From Candidatus Poribacteria bacterium (GTDB lineage: Bacteria; Poribacteria; WGA-4E; WGA-3G): DNA of 64,000 nucleotides. Position numbers and translations under genes: made by a program. Below the pieces are notes generated by a model. It worked only from the letters and a program-made list of their open reading frames with translations, did not search any database and was not told the DNA's origin. Positions 1 to 11,175 of the stretch are shown one piece after another (the first letter of the stretch is position 1; every line of letters starts with the position of its first letter). The stretch lies in assembly GCA_965197475.1 (NCBI GenBank), contig CBDANF010000003.1, positions 1,344,001-1,408,000 of the forward strand, given 5' to 3'.

Positions 1-426
1 TACGAAACGGCCACCAACCAGATTTGCAGACTTCTGCCCATATACTACTACTTATGCTTTCCCGATTCGTACCAGATTCTGTTGTCATACGGGCATAGCA
101 ATAGGCTGAACCGCTGTAGAATTCCTTATTCTTTAGTTTCCCTTTAATACTACATGAAACGAGTGCTTCAGCATAATCGGCTGTAGCTCCTGCGTTGGGG
201 TAAACTGCGGGTGCTCCGGCATCGGTGTGTTCAAAGAACATCATTAAACAGGACTTACGCAATGTCTTCTTTTGTAGCATAACCTGTTAGGTTGTGCTAC
301 CAGAACGTCTGCGTTTTCCGAGACCCGCATCTAAACAGAACGAACTTCGCCCAAAACTGCGTAAGTCCTGATTAAAGTTAGGACCGCGATTAGCATTGCC
401 ATGGGGGGGAAAAATAGGTTTTCATC
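1..426 (-). pseudogene. Secreted hypothetical protein pseudogene (MITE insertion plus frameshift), runs off the window start
   Basis: SD AAGGAG then ATG at 426 gives MKNLFFPPMAMLIAVLTL. Removing the 249-370 MITE and one TSD continues in frame as MMFFEHTDAGAPAV. A frameshift near 140 (AAAGGGGAAAC) separates a further open frame (KNKEFYSGSAYCY...). Confidence 0.65.
249..370. mobile_element. 122-bp MITE with IS4-like TIR CAGGACTTACGCA and 6-bp TSD ATTAAA
   Basis: Perfect 13-bp TIRs; ATTAAA at 243-248 and 371-376; internal palindrome gtagcataacc-tgtta-ggttgtgctac. Confidence 0.9.
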
Positions 427-511
427 GGAATACTCCTTATATTAAAATGTTACGTTTTTCAACGCAATTTAATGGTTAGTTGTTATCACAAATGTGCTAC
501 GAAATACGAAG

Positions 512-1132
512 CTATCGATTATCGTTAGTGACAGAGTTATCTTGACTTATTCCGTCGTACCTACTGAAAACAGTTTGGATGTCTATTAATGTGCCAAGTT
601 TGAAGAACCCAGGCCAATCCTCTGGATCATTTCCGAAATCCCGCTCCAATTCATCGCCTGTCGGTCTATTTCCAGGGAAAAATGTTTCATCGTAATTTCC
701 TTCCTCAGAATTTTCATCACGGTTAAACTTGATAATTAGATGGAGCGAGCCAGTGTCTTCGCCGCTTTCAGATTCAAGTGCATTGCATTTGAGTTGGACA
801 GAAAAGTATTGTTCATCAGGATCTACTAACGGAAATACATCAGAATCTCCCAATAAAAATGTCTGACTGAAATCTTCTGTAAAAGAGTATTTCTGTTCTT
901 TATTGTGAACGATGAATCTGTTCCCAAGATCGTCCCTTTCTTCTCTGTAGTCGCTGGAAACAGCAAGATCAAATGCTGCACCTGCAGGGACTTCTACTGT
1001 CACAGTAACACTGTCAGGTAAATCCAGATTCGGGAATGCCATATCACTTTCGTCTTCTCCACAACCAATAAGATAAGGTAACGCAAATAGAAAGACGAGA
1101 AGAGTAAATCTAAAAAACTTATTTAATTTCAT
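512..1132 (-). CDS. Hypothetical lipoprotein
   Basis: Signal peptide ending in lipobox-like LIGC; SD upstream. Confidence 0.75.
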   Translation of the reverse strand: MKLNKFFRFTLLVFLFALPYLIGCGEDESDMAFPNLDLPDSVTVTVEVPAGAAFDLAVSSDYREERDDLGNRFIVHNKEQKYSFTEDFSQTFLLGDSDVFPLVDPDEQYFSVQLKCNALESESGEDTGSLHLIIKFNRDENSEEGNYDETFFPGNRPTGDELERDFGNDPEDWPGFFKLGTLIDIQTVFSRYDGISQDNSVTNDNR

Positions 1133-1222
1133 TGGTCTCTCCTTTTAGACTTGATATGCACATGGATTGTCCAAACTTTGGCATATTGTAGCACAATCTA
1201 AAAATTTCGACAAGATACGCCA

Positions 1223-2695
1223 TTAGCGTGGCGTGTCTTGTTTCACATTAGTAGGATATTGTTGGGAAAGAAAAAACCGTTCAAGATGCTCCGCAACCTC
1301 TTGATCGGTTTTCCTGATCCGTTGTAGGCCTTCTTTGAAACCATACCGTTGTAAGGTAGTGAAAGCTTTCTCAAAACGTTGTGGAGCAAATTGTTTGGGA
1401 AAAGAGGCTTTGATATGATCGTCCGTTAGCAATTCTTGTAATTCGGAAGTCAATAACCTTTCAAGTTCAGCATCATCTTTTGTCAATTTTTCCCAAAATT
1501 CCATTCGTCTTTTTTCTTCCTGTTTTCTTGTCGTTCGTACTTCTTCAGTAGTATTCTGAGAAGATTCAGAAAATGTTTCTACGAAATCATCCTGAGGTGC
1601 GTAATTCTCATTGACAGGAAATCCTTCCATTGATGGGAAAGGTGTTGAAAGAGTTTGCTTCACTTGAATGTTTTGTCTCTTCCCACCTATTTCTTCACGA
1701 GTTATAGGCGGGGGCACCTCACTGAGGATAGCATCATTTCCATCAAGATAGATAATATCATATCCTTCAGGATGAATACCCTTAATCAAGAGGTCAAACT
1801 TCTGTTTTTCAGTCAGAGATTCTCCACGAAAAAATGCTCCCCTTTTAATTTTACTAACGTAGACACGTCCAGGTTTGAACGGGAGAAAGGTTCTTTGGTC
1901 AGGACCAACAAAAAATCCACCTGCCACCTCTGGATCTGCTGCCTTTACTGCTTTTAGTTGTTGATACTGCCAAATGTGTCTATCGATAAAAGAGGCTTTA
2001 AATGTTTCCCAATTTTCGGTGGGTAAATTACCGGTCTCTCCTGACTGCCAGATATCCGGGTTGTTTTCAAAGTAAACTAAATTCTGACGTACCGACAAAT
2101 AACCTGAGTAATCGGCAAAATCTTCAATAACGACACCTCTGTTAAGTAGCATCTGAACCCATTCGGACTGTGGATACTTCTCATCTATTTCGGGATATAC
2201 TAACATCTCTTCAAACGAATTGAGAAGTGCTTGGACGGTTTGAGGCCCTTCATGTTCTTTGTACTCAGTTTCTTCTTGGTTTTTAGGTAAACCGAGTTCA
2301 GAAAAGTCATATACTCTTATCGGAGGTGGTTCAGTAATACTCTTTTTCAATTCCTCTGCTTTTCGCTCAAAAGCTTCGCGTAATTCCGACTTTATCTCAT
2401 CAACTTGTGCTGTTACCGATTCAAGATAATAAGGTTTCTCCTTCTTAACTGATTCTAAAAAAGCATCCGTTTGAATTTCAACTTGTTTATCCAACCAAAC
2501 ATGCCAAACATCAACCGGTCTTTGCTGGTTGTCAGAGTTATCACGATTTAAAAAGTCGTTAGTGCCATCAGGCAATGCTACTTGTTGTGAAGTACCATTC
2601 GGTAGTCCCTGTCGCAATTGCGGATTGTTGTGAAACAGAAAAAAAGCGACAATCCCTAAAACGAACAACCATAAATACGTCTTGCTTCGATTCAT
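1223..2695 (-). CDS. Membrane-anchored hypothetical protein; paralog of split gene 46505-48570
   Basis: Likely ATG at 2695 after AAGGAG; N-terminal TM; motifs GPQTVQAL, EID.KYP..W.Q.LL..G..IE.F..Y..YLS.R and PT..WET.KA..ID shared with 46505-48570. Confidence 0.8.
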   Translation of the reverse strand: MNRSKTYLWLFVLGIVAFFLFHNNPQLRQGLPNGTSQQVALPDGTNDFLNRDNSDNQQRPVDVWHVWLDKQVEIQTDAFLESVKKEKPYYLESVTAQVDEIKSELREAFERKAEELKKSITEPPPIRVYDFSELGLPKNQEETEYKEHEGPQTVQALLNSFEEMLVYPEIDEKYPQSEWVQMLLNRGVVIEDFADYSGYLSVRQNLVYFENNPDIWQSGETGNLPTENWETFKASFIDRHIWQYQQLKAVKAADPEVAGGFFVGPDQRTFLPFKPGRVYVSKIKRGAFFRGESLTEKQKFDLLIKGIHPEGYDIIYLDGNDAILSEVPPPITREEIGGKRQNIQVKQTLSTPFPSMEGFPVNENYAPQDDFVETFSESSQNTTEEVRTTRKQEEKRRMEFWEKLTKDDAELERLLTSELQELLTDDHIKASFPKQFAPQRFEKAFTTLQRYGFKEGLQRIRKTDQEVAEHLERFFLSQQYPTNVKQDTPR

Positions 2696-2804
2696 CTTAA
2701 AATCTCCTTTACATTTTGTTTCAAACTTCAATCCTGCTAAGAACACACGCGGGGACTCTTCGTGCGTTTGATCTGATAAAGAGGGCGTTGTCTACATCCT
2801 CCGA

Positions 2805-3329
2805 ATGCTTGCAAGATGTAGACAACGGTCTAATAACTCTTCTATAGATCATAAGAAAGCGTTATTCATCACGGTTCTGACTGATATAGGTGTTCAAGAA
2901 TACTTTATCCATCAACCAGAAATGAAAAAACCAGCGGAATTTCGTGGTTGGCAGCGCAGCCCTTCTGGTGACATTATTGAAATTGAGCCTGATGAACAAG
3001 GTGGTCTGTTCAGTGAAGCGTTAAATCTCTGGTTACGTTGGGAGGACGATCAAACGACACATGTAAGGTTATTACGTCCATATCTACCTGATGGCACACC
3101 TATAACGACATCTATGGAAGAAGAACACCTCCGGAAACAAGAAAAACAACTGCGAGAACAAGAACAACACCTACGAGAAGCGGCGGAAGCGATGGCAGCC
3201 GGAGAAGCAGAACGGCGACAAGCAGCAGAGGCACTTGCTAAACAGGAAACTGAGCGGCGACAGGAGTTAGAAGCTGAGTTGGAACGACTCCGGACACAGA
3301 TCGTTAAAAGTGAAGATGGGACTCCTTAA
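2805..3329 (+). pseudogene. Uma2-family (PD-(D/E)XK-like) endonuclease C-terminal fragment with coiled-coil tail
   Basis: IGVQEYFI...LFSEALNLWL and tail AERRQELEAELERLR are typical of Uma2 proteins; N-terminal half is not recognisable. Confidence 0.6.
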
Positions 3330-3451
3330 TATATCCGAGACATAATCATAGGCGCACGGCAGATCAGAGGAGATGCGTTAACTCTGGGTTGGGATAATGT
3401 CTTTTTATTCAGAGCAGAGACACATTTTTTAAGGTGAAACTATGAAAAATT

Positions 3452-4389
3452 GAGGGTATTGGTTAAATAATGATGCAAGAATTAGCGGGATACCCTCTGA
3501 ACCGCGCTGCATCATATTTCAGTTGCGGTAATGATAACACTTATAACGAGAGTTGTCAATGAAAAAATCAGACTGATTTTCATTGACTTATATGCCTAAA
3601 ACTTGTATCCTCATTGAAACAACTCATTTCTACTCACAGGAGGATACCATGAAAGCGTGTCCAAGATGTCAACATATTCACTTCGTCAAAAACGGGTTCG
3701 TCAACGCAAAACAACGCTATAAATGTCCAAGTTGCCACTATCAATTCACACGCAAAACACCACGAGGTAAACCCCAGACACATAAAACCCTCGCTCTGCT
3801 CTTGGACTGCCACGGTATTTCAATGAATGCTATCTCAAAACTCTTCAACATTCATGTAACAACTGTTCTCAAATGGGGACGCTCCTATGCGAAAAAACAC
3901 GCCCCGAAACGGACATTTTCACCCGGATCCACCGTAGTTTTGGAGCTTGATGAAATGTGGCATTATATCGGAAAGAAGAAAAACAAACTTTGGATATGGA
4001 AAGCACTTGACAGGAACACAGGATACCTCATAGATTGGCAATGCGGCGGACGCAACACAGAAACCCTTGAAAAACTGACGCATCGCCTCAAAGCCTTGAA
4101 TGTCAAAATGTCCTACACCGACAAGTGGCAGGTGGACGAATCCATCCTACCTGCTTCAAAACATGTTCAAACGAAGGCGGAGACACATCGCATTGAACGC
4201 AACAATTACTTGATGCGGCACTGGTTCGGCCGGTTCAAACGTCCGTCCATTATTGTTTCAAAAAGTGTGGAGATGGTGAACCTAACGATTGCCTTGTTCG
4301 CACGATTTCGTGTTAATGGAGACGTGTTTGACATTTTAAAACTTGGCGGAATGGAAACCATGAATATCATTAGTTAGGCAATACCCTCC
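3452..4389 (+). mobile_element. IS1-family insertion sequence
   Basis: Imperfect IRs GAGGGTATTG(gttaaa/cctaac)TAATGAT at about 3452 and 4389 around the transposase; no clear TSD. Confidence 0.7.
3649..4377 (+). CDS. IS1-family transposase, single ORF
   Basis: Zn ribbon CPRC...KQRYKCPSC, HTH, ELDEMWHYIG, YTDKW, IERNN. Confidence 0.9.
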   Translation: MKACPRCQHIHFVKNGFVNAKQRYKCPSCHYQFTRKTPRGKPQTHKTLALLLDCHGISMNAISKLFNIHVTTVLKWGRSYAKKHAPKRTFSPGSTVVLELDEMWHYIGKKKNKLWIWKALDRNTGYLIDWQCGGRNTETLEKLTHRLKALNVKMSYTDKWQVDESILPASKHVQTKAETHRIERNNYLMRHWFGRFKRPSIIVSKSVEMVNLTIALFARFRVNGDVFDILKLGGMETMNIIS

Positions 4390-4481
4390 ATTTTTGTATG
4401 GTGATTTCTCTTGTAGATTCTTCACTGTTAGGTTCCCAAGTGTGCAAAGTAAAATTTGCTTATATTTTAATTATACACGCG

Positions 4482-4519
4482 AATTTTGCTTTTGACAAAA
4501 ATTTGTCAAAAGCAAAATT
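4482..4519. terminator. Perfect 18-bp inverted repeat downstream of murJ
   Basis: aattttgcttttgacaaa-aa-tttgtcaaaagcaaaatt. Confidence 0.5.
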
Positions 4520-4560
4520 GAAAATCTTTCTTTTATCTGTCCCTGATTTGATACAACCCA

Positions 4561-6207
4561 CTAATTTTGGAATCTCCGTTTAAATATGTTCAAAATATCG
4601 TCAAACTCGGTAACTTTCAACACCTTATACATTCCTGCAAGTGCCAACACGCTGAATATGATCGGGACAAACACACTGACAATGCGGGGCATGAAGTCGT
4701 AAGTGCCGAGCCAATCTTTTTCAATAAATCCATTTGTCACCCAGCACACAACTCCCATCATCGCTGAAGCGATTAAGATTTTGAGTGCCAACGGAATAAC
4801 TGACCGAAGTCCTAATCGTCCGACCTTGCGGCGGAGCAGTAGCAATAAAACAGCACTATTCAGTGTCACAGTCAGCACGGTTGAGAACACCACTGCACGC
4901 GGGTCTAAAATCAATTCGCGGTAGATAAACAGGTAATTAAGGCAAATGTTAAGTATAACCCCGCAAAGACTGACAATAACAGGCGCGCGAATGTCTTTAT
5001 AAGCGTAAAACCCATCTGTAACGATCTTGAGAGTAGAGAACCCGCACAAACCAAATGCGTAGACGAATAAGACATCCCCCGTAGCAATTGTATCTGATTC
5101 TAAGAATGCACCACGTTCATAGAGCAACCGACAAATCGGCTCAGACAATACCATCAATCCAATTGATGCCGGTATAATCACAGTCAACATCAAGCGCAGG
5201 GCATAAGAGAGTGAGTTGCGGAATTGTTCCGTTTCACCTGCATTTGCAAACTTCGCGAGTTGTGGGAGTGCCACCGTTGAAATTGCCACGCCGAATATAC
5301 CGAGCGGAAGGTGCATAATACGGTATGCACCTTGAATCCATGCCAGCCATTCGTCACCTGAGGTAATAAACCATGTATTCGTGAGTTGATTGATAGGTAC
5401 TGCGGCAACACCCAAGATAGCAGGTCCTAGCAGGCGAAGGACTTGGCGCACCCTTGAATCACGCAAGCTCAGGAGCGGTTTATATCGAAATCCTACTCGG
5501 AACATTGATGGAACCTGAATAAAGAATTGTGCAATTCCACCTACAATGACACCAACAGCCATACCTATTATCGGATGCATACCGAATCTTGGAAACAGAT
5601 AAAAACCGCTGATACCTATCAGAAGTGAACTTAGGTTAAAAAAGGAGGATGCACACGCAGGAATAGCGAATTTTCCTTTGCTGTTCAATAATCCCATTGC
5701 AATTGCAGCAAGTGAAACAAATAACAGGTACGGAAACATCAATTGGGTAAGAAAGATTGTTAATTCAACTTTAGTATCAAACCCGTAATGTTTGCTACTA
5801 TCTAATGACTCGTCAAAATTCTCGCGTGCTAAAATATTGACGATAGTAGGAGCAAAAACAATTCCGAGTACTACAATGCCTATCAGGACGAGGCATATCA
5901 GATTGAAAATGCGATTTGCAAGATTCCACGCTGCCTCCGCTCCATCTTCGGTTTCCGTTGCGAGGAAAGTAGTGATAAATGCCTTGCTTAAGATGCCTTC
6001 CCCAAACATATCGCGAAGAAAATTGGGAATGCGGAACGCGAGGTGAAAAGCTGATGCACCAAGTTTTGTCGAGAAATACTTAAATATCACTATTTCGCGG
6101 GCAAGTCCAAGTATACGAGAGCCCATCACTGCTAAACTGACAATTCCCGCAGCACGAGTGACATTTTGATTCTGCTCCTCAGCAGATTTCGTTTCGTTTT
6201 CTTCCAT
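4561..6207 (-). CDS. murJ: Lipid II flippase MurJ (MviN)
   Basis: SRILGLARE, AFRIPNFLR.MFGEG, LPLGIFGVAISTV, multiple TM helices. Confidence 0.95.
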   Translation of the reverse strand: MEENETKSAEEQNQNVTRAAGIVSLAVMGSRILGLAREIVIFKYFSTKLGASAFHLAFRIPNFLRDMFGEGILSKAFITTFLATETEDGAEAAWNLANRIFNLICLVLIGIVVLGIVFAPTIVNILARENFDESLDSSKHYGFDTKVELTIFLTQLMFPYLLFVSLAAIAMGLLNSKGKFAIPACASSFFNLSSLLIGISGFYLFPRFGMHPIIGMAVGVIVGGIAQFFIQVPSMFRVGFRYKPLLSLRDSRVRQVLRLLGPAILGVAAVPINQLTNTWFITSGDEWLAWIQGAYRIMHLPLGIFGVAISTVALPQLAKFANAGETEQFRNSLSYALRLMLTVIIPASIGLMVLSEPICRLLYERGAFLESDTIATGDVLFVYAFGLCGFSTLKIVTDGFYAYKDIRAPVIVSLCGVILNICLNYLFIYRELILDPRAVVFSTVLTVTLNSAVLLLLLRRKVGRLGLRSVIPLALKILIASAMMGVVCWVTNGFIEKDWLGTYDFMPRIVSVFVPIIFSVLALAGMYKVLKVTEFDDILNIFKRRFQN

Positions 6208-6291
6208 ATTTGGTTATGAGTCTTCGGGCGGGATAATGTTCGCCGATTGTTTGAAGTTTATCAGATGCTCTCAGGTAATTGAATTTGATGC

Positions 6292-6320
6292 TTGACATCT
6301 GTTCTGAATTTGTATAAAGT
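6292..6320 (+). promoter_or_regulatory. Sigma70-type promoter
   Basis: TTGACA-N17-TAAAGT, 30 bp upstream of the ORF at 6351. Confidence 0.55.
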
Positions 6321-6350
6321 TAAGAAAAATATTGTAAAGGAAACCTACAA

Positions 6351-6731
6351 ATGCAGGAAAAAAGATATTTTACGGTTGAAGAAGCAAACGAATGTATTCC
6401 GGAATTGATTAGAGACATTTCGACGTTGTTAGAACTGAAAGAGGAATTGGAAAAACTGCACGCGGAACTCACACCTTTTTTTGAGGTAATTCCGACTAAC
6501 GGAGGACACAAAAAGGCTCCATTACTTATGCAAACCGGTGAACAGTTCAGGGAGATTGTTGAAAGCATTAAGCACCGAGGTTGCCATATCAAAGGACTTG
6601 ATCCTGCCTTAATTGATTTTCCACACATCCGAAATGGAAAAGAAGTTTATCTTTGCTGGCGGTATGGAGAAAAGGAGATTAAATATTGGCATGAAATCGA
6701 GAGCGGGTTTTCAGGACGACAACCTTTGTAA
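6351..6731 (+). CDS. DUF2203 family protein
   Basis: RYFTVEEAN, IKGLD..LIDFP, EVYLCWRYGE..I.YWH...GFSGRQPL. Confidence 0.85.
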   Translation: MQEKRYFTVEEANECIPELIRDISTLLELKEELEKLHAELTPFFEVIPTNGGHKKAPLLMQTGEQFREIVESIKHRGCHIKGLDPALIDFPHIRNGKEVYLCWRYGEKEIKYWHEIESGFSGRQPL

Positions 6732-7517
6732 TTAGCTCAAAAAATAGAAATGATTTGTGGGTCCATGACCGTTGCCGATATCCAATGCATGTTTAATGGC
6801 ATTTGAAATATAGTTCTTTGCAGCACTAATCGCGTCAAATAGATCCTTTCCATGTGCAAGATGTGTTGCAATCGCAGCTGAGTAGGTACATCCTGTGCCG
6901 TGAGTGTTCTTCGTATCAATCCGTTCAGCATCAAAAAATGACCAATCACCATCGCAATACAGGACATCTGTGGCAGTCGCATCACCAAGATGTCCACCTT
7001 TTACAAGTACCGCATGACAACCAAGTTTCGCTATGGTTTTTGCCGCCGATTTAGCATCATCAATGGTTCGGATTTCATGTTGTGAAAGCAGTTCTGCTTC
7101 ATAAACGTTCGGTGTTATTACCGTTGCAATCGGAATTAATACATGTCTTAGACTATTGATGGCTTCTGCTTTCAACAGTGGAAACTTGCTTTTAGATATC
7201 ATTACAGGGTCTACCACAATTGCTTGTGGCGTATATTCACGTAGTTTTCGTGTCACCGCTTCAACAATGATTGACGATGAGAGCATCCCTGTTTTTACGC
7301 TTGCCACTTCAAAATCTGTAAAAACCGCATCCAGTTGTGCTTCAATCAGTGGAATTGGTAGATCGAAAGCGTCTGTAACTGCGACTGTATTCTGTGCTGT
7401 TACGGAGGTAATTGCAGACATTGCGAAACCCCCGTTTGCCGAAATCGCCTTGATATCTGCTTGTATTCCAGCACCCCCACCTGAATCTGATCCTGCAATT
7501 GTTAAAATTTGTTTCAT
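6732..7517 (-). CDS. thiD: Hydroxymethylpyrimidine/phosphomethylpyrimidine kinase
   Basis: LTIAGSDSGGGAGIQADIK, VKTGML, VVDPVM, TPN..EA, NTHGTGCTYSAA. Confidence 0.95.
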   Translation of the reverse strand: MKQILTIAGSDSGGGAGIQADIKAISANGGFAMSAITSVTAQNTVAVTDAFDLPIPLIEAQLDAVFTDFEVASVKTGMLSSSIIVEAVTRKLREYTPQAIVVDPVMISKSKFPLLKAEAINSLRHVLIPIATVITPNVYEAELLSQHEIRTIDDAKSAAKTIAKLGCHAVLVKGGHLGDATATDVLYCDGDWSFFDAERIDTKNTHGTGCTYSAAIATHLAHGKDLFDAISAAKNYISNAIKHALDIGNGHGPTNHFYFLS

Positions 7518-7662
7518 GTTTTTCTCTTTAGTCAATTTCTGTTTTCTGTAATAATGACAAATTATAGCACTGTTTATTGACTTTGTGCAAGTCATAGTAA
7601 GGTTACTTTCTGGCAAGAATTTGATAAAAACTCGGATTTTCACATATAAGTATAAAATTTAT

Positions 7663-7691
7663 TTGACGAAATTAAATATTTTGTGTATAAT
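7663..7691 (+). promoter_or_regulatory. Near-consensus sigma70 promoter divergent from thiD
   Basis: TTGACG-N17-TATAAT; a MITE starts immediately downstream. Confidence 0.55.
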
Positions 7692-7922
7692 ATATCCTAC
7701 ACTCTGCACTTCTAATTTTCGATTTAGGAATTTATTTCTCAAACCTGCGTGGTCCCTACATTGAGCAAGCAATCTCAGGTGAACCAGAGAAAAAGACAAG
7801 TGGAAAATGGGATCTTAATCTACAACTCCAAATCTCCGTTATCCTGTGCGAATCCTTTTGTAACGCGGGTTTGTCCTAAAGATACCAGAATGTGTCAAAA
7901 CAAGTGCGGAGTGTAGGGTATA
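7691..7922. mobile_element. ~230-bp TA-flanked MITE (IS630-like)
   Basis: TIRs tatatcctacactctgcact / agtgcggagtgtagggtata; the same end recurs at 15360-15381. Confidence 0.7.
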
Positions 7923-7974
7923 CCTTGTCTCTATTGATTATTATTAGGTTGAAGACCAGTATGAGAAATATCAG
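7922..7974 (-). mobile_element. Isolated end of the IS701/IS4-like element
   Basis: Nearly identical to 9922-9974 and to the reverse complement of 11488-11540. Confidence 0.75.
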
Positions 7975-8171
7975 TTATGATATTCTATTTTTTGAGGATA
8001 CCACAGAAATTTGTTAAAGAAAAGCATTAGAAGAACTTACCGCGGGGCACGGTCACAGCGTAATTTTGATAGTCGTAAAACTCGTGCAATAGCAAAAGCA
8101 AAAATTCAAAAAACATTCTCAGATGAAACACAAGAACTGCAACAACGTAGAGAGAAACAGGGAAGGACAGG

Positions 8172-8540
8172 GTGTCAAAAAACGGAACGTGGGTGTTTTT
8201 TCGTATGCGTTTGCTTAGCCCCTTCGTATATGCATTTTCATGTTGGTTCTGTGGTGGCAGGGTTTCTTTGGTTTTTTTGGTTGGAGGTTTGTTTGTCGCT
8301 GCATACTTATTGGAAGTTCATTTGCTAAAAACAGGGCGACTAACAAAAGAAAATGAAACGAATGTAGGATGCGGTTTTACATTTATAATATGGGCTATTT
8401 TATTTGGCATGTTTTCTCTCGAATATGCCTTATATGATACTGATAATTGGGGGATAGGTTTTTTTGAAATAGGTAGCTTTGTTTTTCTGATTATGGGAAT
8501 TGGTATAATCCTTTTTAACCTTTTCAAAAGGGGAAAATAG
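8172..8540 (+). CDS. Hypothetical membrane protein
   Basis: Several hydrophobic segments; start uncertain. Confidence 0.5.
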   Translation: MSKNGTWVFFRMRLLSPFVYAFSCWFCGGRVSLVFLVGGLFVAAYLLEVHLLKTGRLTKENETNVGCGFTFIIWAILFGMFSLEYALYDTDNWGIGFFEIGSFVFLIMGIGIILFNLFKRGK

Positions 8541-8586
8541 CAATTGGACGGGTGCGGGTTCTGCAGCGTTGTTTAGAATAATTGTT

Positions 8587-9974
8587 CTGATATTTATCAA
8601 AATTCTTCAGATATCAATGTTTATGAGTGTTTTCTTGGTATTTGTTCATGAAAATGCGCGCTGAGAGTAGACGGCATCTGTCTTTTTCCTGAAAGTTGAA
8701 GTTGTGTTTGATGAAATGTTAGACGCACTGAACGACACACATGTTGTAACAGAAGGTAGCTCACTATTTTTATACCTAAGTTCGCATAAGCACCCTGTCG
8801 TCCCTCTAAACTTATTGATGAAAGGTTCAAGTCTGTTTTCAAATCATGCAGAATACCACACGCGTATTCTACCAAAACTGTTCTATGCCGTGGTGTTGCG
8901 ACCAAATCCTGAGTATCTCACACGCCCGCAAGGGTTTGCCAAAAACCATCATTGTTTGTCCTTTTCCGCCGTCTTGAAAGAACAACAGCACAACATCTCC
9001 AAATGTCCGACTATTGCCTTTGGTGCGATAGACCGGTTTAGGACACCCCCATTGATTTGGGAGCAGTTGTCCTGACTTTTTATGTTCCGAAAGTTTTGTC
9101 TTTTCTTCACCGATAGTCATCACATAGTTGTTTTTACCATGTATCAGGATCGTCTCAAATCCCATCTTTTGCAAGATGTCAATCAGTTTGCGACTGCCGG
9201 ACCACGAATCAAAGGTGATTGGATATTTTTGAAGATCCGCCCCTTCCGCATCAAAGAAATCCAGTCCTTCTTTGAGCATAGAGACAAAACAGGAGGGTTT
9301 ATCCGTATTGCCTCTCCCTTGTTTGCTGACAAAACATATATTCAGCGGAATATTGAGTTTTCCAATCTTGATGGTGATGCCTAATATATTTTGTCCTTTC
9401 ACCGGTTGGTTCGCTTTTGTAGACCACCAGTTGTAGCAATAGGACACTTTCTCTGTGTCTCATGCGTTATGCGTATCATCCACACTTATCGTGGGACACT
9501 TTCGGGATCGTGTTGAAGCACTTTTCAACTCGGCATCCCGGATCTCCTATAGTGCAACAGAACATCCGATACGCACAAATAGGCACTGCCACTGATAAAG
9601 ACTCACTTCGTTCAGGTGCCGATATAGGCTCGCTTTCGGTATAGACAAGACAACGCATCCGACACTTGATTCGGGTTGTAGAGCCTAAATAGATGACACA
9701 ATGAAAGCAACATTATGGTTTTGACCACCCGTTCTTTCAAGGTCCGAAAACGTGAAGAAAGAAGTTGTTGAAAAAAGACTGTTGATTTGATAAGATGAGT
9801 TCGCATGAGATTTTCTCCTAATGGACTACTTGAGTTTAAATATATGTTTATTAGGATGCTATCTCATGCTATAAAAGTCAAGGAAAATGGACACAGCAAA
9901 AACGCATTTTCATGGCGTTGGACCTTGTTTCTATTGATTATTATTAGGTGCAAGACCAGTATGAGAAATATCAG
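8587..9974 (-). mobile_element. Degenerate IS701/IS4-like insertion sequence (fragmented DDE transposase)
   Basis: TIRs CTGATATTT(A/C)TCA; fragments 9612-9806, 9476-9658, 8869-9447 (ITFDSW, W.QHHGIEQFW). Confidence 0.7.
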
Positions 9975-9982
9975 TTGCTATA

Positions 9983-11074
9983 ATGTTGAATAGTTCTGTG
10001 GATTTTATAGAAGCGTGGGATGTAGAAAACCGTGAAAAACTATTCGAGATATCTGTAGGTATTGGTGCTGCTGGGTTGGCTCATTGTTTAGCTACTGCAT
10101 ATACACAACAACTATCTAAAACCCCAAACACCAAACAGGATGATGGAGGAATACCGATGTACTCAATAGCACCTGACCCTGGGTTCCCGGCACCTGGACC
10201 AGAGGTGCATTGGTTGAATGATGGGATGCTTGTGAGTGATTCTACCGGAGGAATAACGATATGGGATGTTGACAAAAAATGTATCCGAGAAACATTGTTC
10301 ACAGATGACCAGATAAATGCTATCACCCTTTTGCCCTCTGGTAAACTGCTGGTAAATTATATTAATAGAAAGGATAGGAACGTGTATGTTGTCAGTATGC
10401 CCGATCAGCTGATTGCTAAGTTTCCTCTTCCCGAAAAACCAGCAGAATTGGCGTGGTGCAATGAGATTGCACCGACTGGTAAGTATCTTGCATGGGGAAG
10501 TAATGAAGGCACAGTTATTGTGTGGAATCTCGAACAACCCGAGCAGCCGATACTGCTCAAAGGACATACGGATTTTGTTAGAACACTCGCGTTTTCGCTG
10601 GATGGGAAACGACTTGTGAGTGGGGCAAAAGACGGGACTGCTCGTGTGTGGGATGTGGAATTAGGCAAAGAAATCGCCAGATTACCTATTGAGGAGCCTT
10701 GCATACCGATGGGAATTGTATTTTCACCCTGTGGTGACCTTATCGCTGGCTCTTTGAAGAATGAGGCCCGTTTATGGTGTGCTAAGCAGTTCACAAAGAT
10801 ACGTTCAATACCACACCTGGAAGGATACCGACAGACATACCCACTTGCATTTTCACCTTGTGGAAAGTATCTTGCAGGAGAAACTTCGTGGCAGGAGGAT
10901 TGGGAGAATCTGGCAATTCGGATATGGGATGTTAATTCAGGTGAACAAATTCATGCCTTCCAGGGACATGATTCACTCGTGATATCGCTTGCGTTTTCAC
11001 CGAATGGCACAATGTTAGCAAGTGGTTGTAACAATGGCACAATTTTAGTGTGGGACTTGAAACCGTATCTGTAG
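9983..11074 (+). pseudogene. WD40 repeat protein, C-terminal part (5' end replaced by IS)
   Basis: GHTDFVRTLAFSLDG, GHDSLVISLAFSPNG...WD; starts 9 bp after an IS end. Confidence 0.75.
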
Positions 11075-11080
11075 AACTAA

Positions 11081-11163
11081 TAACAAATTACCTAAAATCG
11101 TAGGGGTGGGTCTCTGTGCCCGCCCGTGTTCTCCGCAGTGAATACAAATCTCGTTAATTGGTA
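11081..11163. mobile_element. ~85-bp MITE with a GTAG-REP core
   Basis: Ends taacaaattac / gttaattggta resemble those of the 15104 and 15383 MITEs; core gtaggggtgggtctctgtgcccgccc. Confidence 0.55.
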
Positions 11164-11175
11164 TAAGGAGATGTT

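Noticed and set aside
7518-7690. TPP riboswitch upstream of thiD
   Set aside because: No recognisable CTGAGA/TPP core; region is AT-rich promoter DNA
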